The notes under the pieces are model-generated. The model was not told where the DNA came from, did not search any database, and saw nothing but the letters and a program-made list of their open reading frames with translations. A stretch of 64,000 nt of DNA from Mobula hypostoma (taxonomy: Eukaryota): contig NC_086097.1 of NCBI RefSeq assembly GCF_963921235.1, positions 110,734,001 through 110,798,000 on the forward strand. Reading direction: 5' to 3'. Positions within the stretch are counted from its first letter, which is position 1; each line of letters begins with the position of its first letter. A program made the translations under genes and the position numbers. Shown piece by piece: positions 13,747 through 26,237 of the stretch.

Positions 13747-14171
13747 CGCAAACACAAGGAATTCTGCAGATGCTGGAAATTCAAGCCACACATCAAAGTT
13801 GCTGGTGAACGCAGCAGGCCAGGCAGCATCTCTAGGAAGAGGTACAGTCGACGTTTCGGGCAGAGACCCTTCATCAGGACTAACTGAAAGAAGAGCTAGT
13901 AAGAGATTTGAAAGTGGGAGGGGGAGGGGGAGATCCAAAATGATAGGACAAGACAGCAGGGGGAGGGATGGAGCCAAGAGCTGGACAGTTAATTGGCAAA
14001 AGGGATATGAGAGGATCATGGGACAGGAGGCCTAGAAGAAAAGGGGAGGGGGGGAAAATCCAGAGGATGGGCAAGGGGTATAGTTTCAGCTGCCTGGTCT
14101 GCTGAGTTCACCAGCAACTTTGATGTGTGTTGCTTGAATTTCCAACATCTGCAGATTTCCTCGTGTTTGCA
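13747..14171. mobile_element. Penelope-like element terminal repeat with an inverted partial copy
   Basis: Starts gcaaacacaaggaattctgcagatgctgg and ends with the near reverse complement ctgcagatttcctcgtgtttgc. Confidence 0.85.
13846..13881 (-). ncRNA. Minimal type I hammerhead ribozyme in a Penelope-like terminal repeat
   Basis: Minus strand AGTC-CTGATGA-A-GGGTCTCTGCCC-GAAAC-GTC-GACT: intact CUGANGA and GAAA core, stem I AGTC/GACT, stem II GGG/CCC, GUC cleavage triplet. Confidence 0.8.
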
Positions 14172-14944
14172 CTTTTAAATAATATATATAATTTTTTTTT
14201 AAAGTTCATGGGTTCAATGTCCACATAGGAAACCTATGGTAGAGGGGAAGAAGCTGTTCCTGAATTATTGAGTGTGTGCCTTCAGGCTCCTGTACCTCCT
14301 ACATGATGGTAACAGTGAAAAGAGGGCATGCCCTGGGTGATGGGTGTCTTTAATAATGGATCTTTCTGAGGCACTGCTCCTTGAAGATGTCTTGGATACT
14401 ACGGTGGCTAGAACCCAAGATGGAGCTGACCAATTTTACAACTTTCTGTACCTTCTGTCGATCCTGTACAACAGCACTGCACTCCCCCACCCCACACCGC
14501 CCCCCCCATACAGACAGTGATGCAGTCTGTCAGAATGCTCTCCACGGTACATCTACAGAAGTTTTTGAGTGTTTTAGGTGGCAATCCAAATTTCTTCAAA
14601 CTTCTAATGAAATATAACCGCTGCCTTGCCTTCTTTATAGGCGTATCAATAAGCATTACCCATGTTTGACCTTTCCTATCTATGCACCTGTCCACCTATC
14701 TCAAACCTGGGAAAAACAGGGAGATCATTCACCTTAACTACACCGCTCATGATTTTGCACTCCTCTATAAGATCACCACTCAGTCTTCTGAGAAGTTAAC
14801 GTGGTTTTATGTAGGAGAAATCCCATTGCACAAACTTCATTCAGGCTTGAAGCCACTGAGAGGACTGATGAAGGCAAGGCATTGGAAGTTCTCTGCATGG
14901 ACTTCTGCAAGGTTTTTCACAAAGGCTCTCATGATAAATAAAAG

Positions 14945-16879
14945 TTTTCCCCAATCAGAAACCATGGATGAACAGAGAGGTTCGCCTCCTGCTCAAAGCC
15001 AGAGATTCAGCCTTCAGGTCTGGAGACCGGGAGGCTTACAGCTCAGCCAGGGCCAACCTAAGGAGGGGAATCCCTCAGGCTAAACACATATACAAACAGA
15101 GAATCGAGGAGCATTTCAACTCCTCGGACCCCTGGCACATGTGGCATGGCATACAGGTCATTACAGACTTCAAACCACCTAGTACTGTGCCCCCTTCTAG
15201 CTCTGCTTTGATGAGCTCAATTACTTCTACGCTCGCTTTGACCGAGAGAACAAAGGGGTCACCCTCAAAGCGAATCTCCCACCTGGTGAACTGCCCCTCT
15301 CACTTTCCACCTCCGATGTTTGCGCCACCTTGAGCAGGGTGAATGTACAGAAGGCAGCTGGTCCGGATGGGATACCTGGCCATGTGTTCAGAGTCTGTGC
15401 AGGGCAGCTGGCCGGGGTCTTCACGGACATTTTCAATCTGTCCCTGGCCCAGGCAGTTGTCCCCACAAGCTTCAAGCTCGCCACCATCGTGCCAGCACCG
15501 AAGCATTCCACTGCCACGGGCCTGAATGACTTCCGAATTGCACTCACCCCCATCACTGCAAAGTGCTTTGAGAGACTAGTTCTATCACATCTGAAATCCT
15601 GTCTGTCCACTACCCTGGACCCCCATCAATTTGCCTATTGCACCAACAGGTCAACAGAGGATGCCATCTCCACGGCACTTCGCTCCGCCCTGACCCACCT
15701 GGACAGCCCCAACTCTTACGTCAGAATGCTATTCATTGACTTTAGTTCAGCATTCAATACTGTGATCCTCTTCAAGCTGATTGCCAAACTTCGCCAGCTT
15801 GGTATCAGCTCATCCCTCTGCAATTGGACCTTGGACTTTCTGACTAACAGACCCCAATCAGTTAAGTTAGACAACCTCTCCTCCTCCACTCTCATCCTGC
15901 ACACCGGTGTGCCTCAAGGCTGTGTGCTGAGACCTCTTCTGTACTCCCTTTTCACCTAAGACTGTGTTCCTATTATGGTTCTAACTGCATAATCAATCAA
16001 GTTCGCAGACGATACCACAGTGGATGGCCTGATCAGAGGGGATGACGAGATGGCCTACAGGGACGAGCTCCAGCACCTGGCCACATGGTGTGCTGACAAC
16101 AACCTAGCCCTTAACACCTAGAAGATCAAGGAGATCATTGTGGACTTCAGGCATGGTAGGAGCCACACTCACATCCCCATCTACATCAACGGAGCTGTAG
16201 TGGAGTGTGTATCAAGCTTCAAATTCCTTGGTGTCCACATTTCTGAGGATCTCACCTGGTCCCTGAACTCCTCCATCCTGATCAAAAAGACGCAACAGCG
16301 CCTTTATTTCCTGCGGAGCATCAAGGAAGTTCACCTCCGTCCCAGGATACTGACAGACTTTTACCACTGTACCATTGAGAGCATAGTCATCAACTGCATC
16401 TCAGTGTGGTATGGCAATTGTCCCATATCAGACCGCAAAGCACTCCAGAGTGTGGTGAAAACTGCCCAACAGATTATCGGCACCCAATTGCCCACTGTTG
16501 AGAACATCTACCATAAACGCTGCCTGGGCAGGGTGAAAAGCATTATCAAGGATGGATCTCACCCTAACCATGGACTTTTTACTCTCCGCCCATCCGGTAG
16601 GTGCTACAGGAGCCTCCGTTCCCACCAGCAGGCTCAGGAAGAGCATCTTCCCTGAGGCTGTGACCCTGCTGAACCTCACATCACAGCGCTAAGCAGTATT
16701 GCACCCATATTGTACTGTCTCAGTACTTTTATATTTGTGTGCTTTGCACTTACTTTTTATTCGTAGTTATTTTGTAAATAATACTATTCTTTGCATTTCT
16801 GGTCAGATGCTAACTGCATTTCATTGGCTTTGTATCTGTACTCGGCATAATGACAATAAAGTTGAATCTAATCTAATCT
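14945..16879 (+). mobile_element. 5'-truncated Rex1/Babar LINE nested in an older CR1
   Basis: RT ORFs 15330..15959 ([30 protein letters not shown]) and 16140..16655; (AATCT)n tail; 8-bp TSD aataaaag at 14937-14944 and 16880-16887. Confidence 0.92.
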
Positions 16880-17959
16880 AATAAAAGGAAGTATTTGGTG
16901 TGGATTGGTGCAACCAGTCATGCTACACAAGGATTGGTGCTGGGACCTTTACTGTTTGTGGTATTTTTAGTGATTTGGATGTAGGAGGTATGACCGCCTG
17001 CAGAAGAACACAAAAATCAGCGGTGCTGAGGACAGTAAATTAGATTGCCCAAAGCAAGAGCAAAATATGGATCAGATGGAGAGTAGGGCAGAGCAATGCT
17101 AGCAGAAATTTAATCCCAACAAGCTGCATTTTGAGAAGGCAAATAGGGATAGGTCATATCAATAAATGGTCTGGCACTAAGTAATATCGATGAACCAAGA
17201 GACATCGGGACAAGTCCATAGTTCCCTGAAAGTGGCAGCTCAGGTAACTAGGGTGTTGAAAAAGGCATATGGCATGCTTGCCTTCATAAGTGGGGGAAAC
17301 AAAACACAAATGTTGGGATGTTACAAAATACAGGTTTGGCCACACCTAAGGTTCTGGTCACCACACTGTAGGAAGGACATGATTATGCACTCCAGCCTAT
17401 TAAGAGCCATAGAACTATACAACATAGAAACAGGCCCTCCAGCCCAGTGTATCTATATTCACCGTCATGCCGACCTATACTGATCCCACTTGTTTGAATT
17501 AATTTCATCCCTCTATGCCTCGCTCATTCAAGTACATACTGTTACTGTTCCTACCTCTACCATCTCTTCTGGAAGCTCATTCCAGATACCAACTTCTATG
17601 TGTGTGAAAGATTCCCTTTAAACCTTCCCCTCACCTTAAACCTATGCAGTCTTGTTTTAGACAAGCTACAATGTGAACCAAACACTGGCTCTGAAACTTG
17701 TCAATGCCTCTCATTATTTTATGATATCTCTACCACATCACCACTCAGCTTCTTCTACTCCAAGGAAAACTGACCAGCCTATCCAATCTCTTTATAACTC
17801 AAGTGTCTCCAATCCTGGCCACATCTTCGTGAATCTTTTCTGCATTTTCTCTAACTTAATCATACTCTTCTTCTAAGGTAGTGACCTGTACTGAACATAA
17901 TATTCCACGCAGCCCAACCCACATTCTGTACAAATGTGACATGATGTCCCAATTCTCTT

Positions 17960-19368
17960 GCAGCAAGTGCTAAAGTTGGAAGTTCCCTCTTGTTTCAAAA
18001 GGTCAGCAATTGAACTAGTGCCCAAGAGGAGCAGGGTGAGATTCCTTAATGACTATTGTCCAGTAGCATTCACATCTATGGTGATGAAGTACTTTGAGAG
18101 GTTGGTTATGGCTAGAATTAACTACTGTCTCAGCAAGGACCTGGACCCACTGCAATTTGCCTATCAGTGTAGGTCTATGGTGGATGCGATCTCGTTTGCT
18201 CTTCACGCGGCCTTGAATCACATGGACAATACAAATACCCATGTCAGGATGCTGTCTATTGACTATAGCTCACTGTTTAACACAATCATTCCTACAATTC
18301 TGATCAAAAAGCTCCAGTACCTGGGCCTCTGTACCTCCCTCTGCACCTAGATCCTTGACTTCCCAACCAGAAGGTCACAATCTGTGTGGATCAGAAATAA
18401 CATCTCCACCTCACTGACAATCAAAACTGGCGCACCTCAGGGATGCGTGCTTAACCCACTGCTCTACTCTCTCTACACCCATGACTAGGCACATCTCAAA
18501 CGCCATCTGCAAATTTGCTGATAATACAACTATTGATGGCAGGATTCAGATGGTGATGAGAGGGTGTACAGGAGTGAGATATATCAGCTAGTCGAGTGGT
18601 GTCACAGCCACAACCACCTTGCACTCAATGTCAGTAAGACGAAAGAACTAACTGTGAACTTCAAAAAGGGTAGGATGAGGGAACGCACACCAGTCCTCAT
18701 TGAGGGATCAGAGGTAGAGAAGTTGGAAGAGGTTCCTGGGTGTCGATATCTCTGAGGACCTAAACTGGATCTAACATATCAATGCAGAAGGCACGACAGC
18801 GACTGTATTCCATTAGAAGTTTAGGAAATTTGGCACGTCACCAAAGACACTCGCAAATTTCTGCAGATGTACCGTGAACAGCATTTTAACTGGCTGCACC
18901 ACTGATATGGGGGAGGGGCGGATTGGTGAGTGCTAATGCACAGGAGTGAAGTAAGTTGCTGCAAGTTGTAAACTTCGTCAGCTCCATCATGGGCACTAGC
19001 CTCCATAGAATCCAGGACATCTTCACAGACCGATGCCTCAAAAAGGCAGCATCCATCATTAAGGACCCCCATCACCCAAGACATACCCTTTTCTCATTGC
19101 TACCATCAGGAAGGAGGTACAGAAGCCTGAAGACACACACTCAATGATTCAGGAACAGCTTCTTCCTCTCTGCCACCCGATGTCTGAATGGACATTGAAG
19201 CCATGAACACTACCTCACTATTTTCTTTATTTATTTAACTACTTAATACATATATGTAATTATTGTATACATACTTACCATAACTCACAATTTTTATTAT
19301 TACGCATTGCGTTGTACCGCTGGCAGAAAACAAATTTCATGACATGTGCCAGTGATATTCTGATTCTA
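17960..19368 (+). mobile_element. Degraded Rex1/Babar LINE nested in a minus-strand CR1 relic
   Basis: ORF remnants [41 protein letters not shown]. Confidence 0.85.
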
Positions 19369-20625
19369 AAAGCAACGATACTGTAGTTTCTTCACCACCC
19401 TGTCTACCTGCACCACTTTGAGGGCATGATGTACTTTCATCATTCATTGTGTATGCCCTGCACTAGTTTAACTTCCTAAAAAGCATCACATTGTTCTTGG
19501 CTGAGTTAAATTCCTTCCATTGTCCTCTTACCCTCTTTCACCGTTAATGTAGGTCTTGTGATCTTACACCAGCCTCTTCACTGTCTATTGTACCGCTCAG
19601 TCTGGTCTCACCTGCAAACTTATTAATCATGCCACACGCATTATCAAGCAAATCACTAATATAGATGACAAATGAGGACCCAGCACTGATGTAATAGTCC
19701 ATTATCAACAACATCTACTGCCTTGCCCTATCCTCTTTCATCCTCTTGGTCACCTCTTCAAACAAAATTTCAAATTCATGAGGCATGATTTCCAATACAC
19801 AAATACATGCTGACTATCCATAATCAATCCGTCTTTCTAAATGCAAATAAGTTGTCCCTCAGGATACTCTCCAGTAATTGCCCCACACTGACACAAAGTT
19901 CACCGGCCAGCATTTCCTTACTTTGTCCCTTCTGTCCTTCGTTCTCTGAAAGTAGCTAATCTAATCTTTTTCTCTTCAGGTATTTATAGAAGCTTTTACA
20001 GTCAGTGACCCTGTAGGCTTCCTCTAAATACTCCAATTTCCTCCCATATCCCAAATTTGAGCTAACTGATGGGATATTCAGCTACTGTAAATTAATCCTA
20101 GTGAAACTGTGCAGTGGGAGAATAAACAAAGTCTGCCTGAGAGAGAAAAATAAACAGCAATAGGAAGGCAATGGGATTACTCTGAAAACTAGCATAGACT
20201 TTGATAAGTTGAATGCCCCTGTTCTACACATTCTGCACTGCAAGAAAAATATGGAAACTGACTGAACTGGAATAGCCATCTACACCAGAGCAGCCCAGAG
20301 GCTGGGAATTCCATCATAAGTAACTGACCTCCCAACTCTCCGAAGTCAGGAGTCTGATGGAATGGTCTCAAATTGCCAAATTCATTGCAGCTTTGACTAT
20401 ATTCAAGAACCTCAACACGATGCAGGACACCGCAGGCCGCTTGATAAGCAGACCGTCCACAACCATTCTTTCCACCACCAATGCAGAGTAGCAGCGGTCT
20501 GAACTACATACAGGATGAATTCCAATAACCCACGATGACTCTTTAGACAGCACCTTGCAACCTCAACCAGACACAAGGACAGAGGCATACGAACACCGTC
20601 ACCAATAAGCTGCCCTCCCAATCAC

Positions 20626-21004
20626 ACACCAGGTTTTTGTTTCTCGTAAACTCCAGAAAATGGGTTCCCAACCTTTTTATATGCCATGGATCCCCGCCAT
20701 TAACTGAAGGGTGCGTGGACCCCAGATTGGGAAATTCTGCTCTAGAGACAGTTGTGTGTGAAAATCCCATGAGATGAGCAGTTTCTGAGATACTCAAAAT
20801 GGCCCATCTGGCACCAACAACTATTCCATGGTCAAAATCACTTAGATCACATTTCTTCCCCAATTCTGATGTTTGGTCTGAACAACAAGTGAACCTCTTG
20901 ACCATGTCTGCATACTTTTATGCACTGAGTTGTAGCCACATGATTGACTGATTAGATATTTGCATAAATGAGCCGGTGTACCTAATAGAGTGGCCACTAA
21001 GCGT
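20626..21004 (-). mobile_element. Non-autonomous Tc1-like element
   Basis: TIR ...gtacctaatagagtggccact; ORF 20543..20905 retains the paired-like HTH GKKCDLSDFDHGIVVGARWAILSISETAHLMGFSHTTVSR. Confidence 0.8.
20659..20739. mobile_element. ~80-bp hAT (Charlie-like) MITE nested in the Tc1 derivative
   Basis: Ends gggttcccaacc...attgggaaattctg; 8-bp TSD ctccagaa / ctctagag. The uninterrupted Tc1 copy at ~42134 has a single ctctagag. Confidence 0.75.
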
Positions 21005-21961
21005 ATACCTCTGTTCTCTGACCATCACTGGATCGAGATATTAGAACTCTCTCCCTAATAACATAAAGGGTATACCCACACCTGAAGGACTGAGGTGGAT
21101 TAAGGAGATAGCTTACCACCATCTTCTCAATGCGTAACTAGGGATAGGCTATTAAACACCGGCTCAGCCTGAAAAGCCCACACAAAACAATTGTGAAAAT
21201 GCCCTCACATTTGGGCTTAGCAAACTACTGCCGACTGAGCCCACGATTGTCCTGGTCTTGGCTCAGTGCTACTCATCACCAATATCATGACACGTTCTGT
21301 CCCAGCTACTGATACTGCTACATCAGAATTGGTCACTTCTGATGCACAACATCCAACTGCAATACTGACTCAGTTTTAGCTCTTCATTAGTATGTCCTAC
21401 ATACCTACATTTTACAACTTCTTGTCTGTCCCCATGAACCCAGAAATTGAATGATTTATAAAACATATCCCCAAAGCCATCCTGACCTCAACCTATCCCA
21501 GATTTACCCTTCGTCTGATCCACCCCTCCCCATTTCTTCTCTATCACTTACACCACCCTTCTTTCCTCTCTGACAAAGGACTTGAAGGCCTTCGTTTCTC
21601 CTTCTGTAGATGCTACTAAACCCTCTGAGTGCCTACAATATTTTCTTTTTTATAACTGAAACCACAATCCTTATTGCAACCAAAAAGAGTACACAGCAGA
21701 GGACACAGCAAATCAACTTCAAAGGTTACAAACAAGGAGATAAAAGGGTGCAGCCTGAGCTATTTGCAATTCTTTAGAACTAGATGGCTTTCTGTCGTCA
21801 CTGAAAAGTGCAGTTGGAATAACATGATGACTCTGGGAGTATGACAGGGTTCTACGGCCAGCATGTGGTTTGACTGTTAGCTTTAAACTTTACCATATGT
21901 ATGAGTGTGACACAAGTCATTCCATGAAGTTGAAATTTGTGTGTAAACACACGGTCCTTCC

Positions 21962-22665
21962 AAAGTTCAAAGTAAATTTATTATCAAAGTACATATATGT
22001 TACCAAATACAACCCTGAATTTCATTTTCTTGTGGGCATTCACAGTAAATACAAAGAAATACGATAGAATTAATGAAAAACCACACACACATAATGAGAG
22101 AGACAAACAATCAGTGCAAAAGACAACAGACTATGCAAATACAAAACCGGAAAAAAAAGGAAGTAAAAAATAGATATCTAGAACATGAGGTGAAGTGTCC
22201 TTGAAAGTGAGTCCATTGGTTGTGGGAACAGTTCAGTGATGGAGCAAGTTAAGTTGAGTGATGTTACCTCCTTTGGTTCAAGCATCCCAAGGTTGAGAGG
22301 TAGTAACTGCTCCTGAACCTGTTGGTGTGGATCCTGAGACTCCTGTACCTCCTTCCTGATGGCAGCAGCAAAGAAGAGAGTATGTCCTGGGAAGTGGGGA
22401 CCTCTGATGATGGATGCTGCTTTCCTGCAACACAGCTCCTTGTAGATGTGCTCAATGGTGGAAAGGGCTTCAACAGTGATGGACTAGACTACATCCACTA
22501 TTTTTTTTCCGTTCAAGGGCATTGGTGTTTCCACACCAGATCCTCACGCAAGCAGTCAATACGCTCTCCACTGCACATCACTAGGAGTTTGTCCAAGTAT
22601 TACATGACATGCCGAAACTTCACAAACTCCCAAGAAAGTAGAGGCGCTGCCGTGCTGGTTTTATT
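21962..22665 (-). mobile_element. Rex1/Babar 3' fragment
   Basis: ORF 22264..22473 contains LLPSGRRYRSLRIHTNRFRSSYY; (CTTTGAA)-type tail at the low-coordinate end. Confidence 0.75.
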
Positions 22666-22843
22666 AATAATCAATGCCTTTCCCACAGGCTACTCATGGT
22701 GAGGGCTGCTGCTGGAGAAATTCACAATTTTATAATCGTTAAAACTTCAACCAGGCTGAAAGGGTTAAATTAGGAGTGTAGATTTTCAGTCCTTTGATAA
22801 TGGAAGATAAAAGTATGATAATCACCTTAAAAACTAAGATTGT

Positions 22844-22926
22844 GCTGGCCACTGTCTAGTGCGCATACTCGCGCTGTCGTCCGAGCTGCGCAAGCGCATC
22901 ACTAGTGGAACTTTTTAGAAACAAAA
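22844..22926 (+). other. Short retroposed structured insert of unknown origin
   Basis: 15-bp TSD aaaaactaagattgt (22829-22843) / aaaaactaaggttgt (22927-22941) at a TT|AAAAA site; CpG-rich hairpin, T5 run, A-rich tail. Confidence 0.65.
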
Positions 22927-23556
22927 AAAAACTAAGGTTGTTAAAATGTAGATAAGAAAGAAACATTACTTCTGCCTAGAGTACCAGAACAAGGAAGGTA
23001 ACCTTTTAAATTAAAGTGAAGACCTTCTGCACATCTTCACACAAAGTAGAGGTCTGAAACAGGGGTTGGTGGATTTTTGTTGAGTCCAGAAACTAGGAGA
23101 TATAAAATCAAGGCAAGGTTATGGAAATTAGATTCAGAAAAAGATCAGTATTGATGTTATTGGATGACAGAAAAGGTTCAAAGACCAGGGTAGCACTGTG
23201 CATTGAGATGTTCCAACAACATGAAAAGTTCTATAAAAAAAGACAAGTCTTACTCTCGTTCAACCGGTTTCAGCAAAACACTACAGCAGATTTGCACAAT
23301 TGTGTTTAAATCTGATCTCCTTGTTGCCTTTATGAGAGCCAGTAGGAGATACTTATCACTACAATCACCAAGGCGGGCTGATAGAGCAACCTAATAAGTA
23401 GATGTAATAACCAGCTCTTCACACACAGTACACTCACAGATCCAGGAGGAGAATCAAACAAGTACAAGTGACAGAATAGTCAAGGGCCTTCTCTCTATTA
23501 ATGTTGAGGAGGAAATGAAATTGACAGAAGAAAAATCAACTATTTACAAAACTGAC

Positions 23557-23619
23557 CTCTTTTCCTGGGAAAGTGGACACTGTTGAGAGTTTATCTACGT
23601 CAATTTTAAATATGTACAC
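23557..23619 (-). CDS. ITGA9: Integrin alpha-9 coding exon (equivalent to exon 8), 63 nt, phase 0 to 0
   Basis: tttttag|GTGTAC...AAAGAG|gtcagt; translates VYIFKIDVDKLSTVSTFPGKE and bridges ...GVGK to MGSYFG in frame. Confidence 0.9.
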
Positions 23620-24456
23620 CTAAAAAGGAAATAATAATGTATTAGATTACACCAACATTAAGCAAATTTGTGATATTATACACACTACTCCTAAGCCATG
23701 AGGGAGAAAACTGCATGACAGGGTCAAAATATAATTTTTCATAATGTATATATTTCATGGCAGAACTCAACGTAACTTTTGACACAAAATATACCTTAGT
23801 CATTTCTCAGAAATATACAGATTAGTGTCAACTATGACTTTAACGTAGGGATAAGTTCCCATCCAGAACACTAATCATACAGATTCTTGTCCATAGGATT
23901 TATACAGAAAAAACAGCTTTATAGAAGTCTATTGCAAAATGATAGAACTGGTTAATGCGATCTTGTATAATGGGATAAAAACTGATATTGTAGGGGACTT
24001 TCTGCAGGTCAAGCAGTGTATATGGCAAGAGTAGAAACAGTTTTCCAGGATAATATTCTGAAAAAGGATTATTGACCTGAAATGTCAACGTAAATCTGAT
24101 ACTGGGCATCTCCAGCATCATCTGTTTTAATGTAGAAAATAGCATAAGTAGCCATTCAAATTTTCTTGAAGCAAGTCTTAATGAGTCAGTGGAACATTCC
24201 CAGCATGTTATTTTCCCAGCATGTATTTATGGTGGGTGATCTTCAAGCACAGGATGAAACATTTACTCTAAATAACTACGATAGAAAAATGGAGATGTGT
24301 GTGGGAGGGAAGGATTGGATTGATTTAGAATAGGTTAAAAGGTCGGTACAACATCGTGTACTGCGCAGTAATGTCCTCTGTTCTATGTCCATCAGCAATT
24401 CAGAACATTGCCAGCAACTGGAAAATTGTGGATAAACCAGAGTGATTTTCCTGGTA

Positions 24457-26107
24457 CAGGTGTCCCCCACTTTTTGAACGTTCGCTTTACGACACCTTGC
24501 TGTTACGAAAGACCTACATTAGTTACCTGTTTTCGCGAACAGAAGGTGTTTTCACTGTTACGAAGAAAGGCAATATGCACCCCGAGCAGCCAAGCTCCTC
24601 CCCCGTAACTGCATTCTAGCCGGCATTGCTTAAACATGTGCCTGTGAGCATCTGTGCTTTATGTCGACTTATTTTGAGCATCCATTAGCAAGATGAGTCC
24701 TAAGGTATCGGAAAAGCCTAAAAGAGCTCGTCAGGGTGTTACACTTAGCGTAAAACTAGACATAATTAAGCATTTCGATCGTGGTGAACGAAGTAACAAC
24801 AAAGTGAGTTCGGCTTGTGGAAGTTGATGAAGATGATGTTGAAGAGGTTTTGGCATCCCATGACCAAGAACTGATAGATGAAGAGCTGATGCAATTGGAA
24901 GAGGAAAGAATAACAATTGAAACCGAATGTAGTAGCGAACGGACCGAAAGTGAAGTCATCCAGGAACTGAACGTGAAGCAACTGCGTGAGATTTTCACTG
25001 CAATTATTGCAGAAAAGTATGACTTTAATTTTGAAAGGGTACGTAGGTTTAGGGCATATTTGCAGGATGGTTTGAGTGCTTACAAAGAACTGTATGATAG
25101 AAAAATGTGCAAGGCTAAGCAGCCAAGCATACTGTCATTTTTCAAGCCTTCCACATCAGCCACAGCAGACGACGAACCTCGACCTTCGACATCGAAGCAG
25201 GTAGACATAGAAGATGATGACCTGCCTGCCCTGATGGAAACAGACGACGATGAGATGACACCCCAGTGTCCCACCACCCCAAACACCGGGCCGCGCACCG
25301 ATACGTTGTCGTGGAGAATGCAGCGGTAGCCGGGACGCACCCAACACATCTTTAAGAAAAAAGCCAAAATAAACAAGCTAATTAATTAGGTGCCGCCCGG
25401 CACGTAGATGTCGGCCCAGATCAGAGGCGATTGCTGATTGTGTTGCCTCGGATCTGGGCCGACATTTACGTGCCGGGTGCCACCTAATTAATTAGCTTGT
25501 TTATTTCAGCTTTTTTCTTAAAGATGTGTTGGGTGCATCCCTGCTACCGCTGCACCACTGCACGCTTCGCAGATCGGTATCGGTCCGTGGCTTAAAGGTT
25601 GGGGACCACTGCACCACTCCAACCTCCGACGACTCAGCCTAACACACCATCATCAGTGTGCTTGGCGTTGTCTTCCCGATTCTGGTTAAGTGATTCTACA
25701 CTGTACCTACATTATTTCTACTTTAGATAGGCTGTGTATTTTTATGTGTTATTTGGTATGATTTGGCAGCTTCATAGCTTAAAGGTTACTGGAGAGAGTA
25801 TTTCTGCCGAGAGTGCTTGCGTGAGATTTTCGCTACGGTGGAAAGTGCGGCAATGATTGTAGAAAAGTATTTCTGCTTTATATAGGCGTGTGTATTTATC
25901 ATATCATTCCTGCTTTTACTATCTGTTACTGTTATTTTAGGTTTTATGTGTTACTTAGCATGATTCGGTAGGTTATTTTTTGGGTCTGCGAACACTCACA
26001 AATTTTTCCCATATAAATAAATGGTAATTGCTTCTTCACCTTATGACATTCCGGCTTATGAACCATTTCATAGGAATGCTCTACCTTCGGATGGCGGAGG
26101 AAACCTG
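24457..26107 (+). mobile_element. Internally deleted pogo/Tigger-like DNA transposon
   Basis: TA|caggtgtccccc ... gcggaggaaacctg|TA termini; N-terminal CENP-B-type HTH start (MSPKVSEKPKRARQGVTLSVKLDIIKHFDRGER from 24693) fused to an acidic C-terminal region (ORF 24817..25329); the DDE core is missing. Confidence 0.85.
25319..25554. repeat. Long inverted repeat (arms ~110 bp) inside the Tigger-like element
   Basis: tgcagcggtagc...ctaattaattaggtg...gtcggcccagatc mirrored by gatctgggccgac...cacctaattaattag...gctaccgctgca. Confidence 0.95.
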
Positions 26108-26237
26108 TATCATGTGTCTGACAGTGGAGCTAAATGAAGAATTTAAAATCAGGCAAAGCCAAGACAGAGTAAATAGGAAAACAAACTTATTTCTCTTAAT
26201 TGGCATTATGTATTAGTATTCTTATTTATTTATTGTA

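Noticed and set aside
22844..22926. Y RNA or vault RNA pseudogene
   Set aside because: The size, GCTGG start and T-run end are superficially similar, but the Y RNA lower stem (GGTCCG/TTGAC) and the vault A/B boxes are absent.
24817..25329. 170-aa acidic ORF as a TIGD-like host gene
   Set aside because: It lies between TA-flanked TIRs and lacks the DDE core, so it is a deletion derivative of a Tigger-like transposon.
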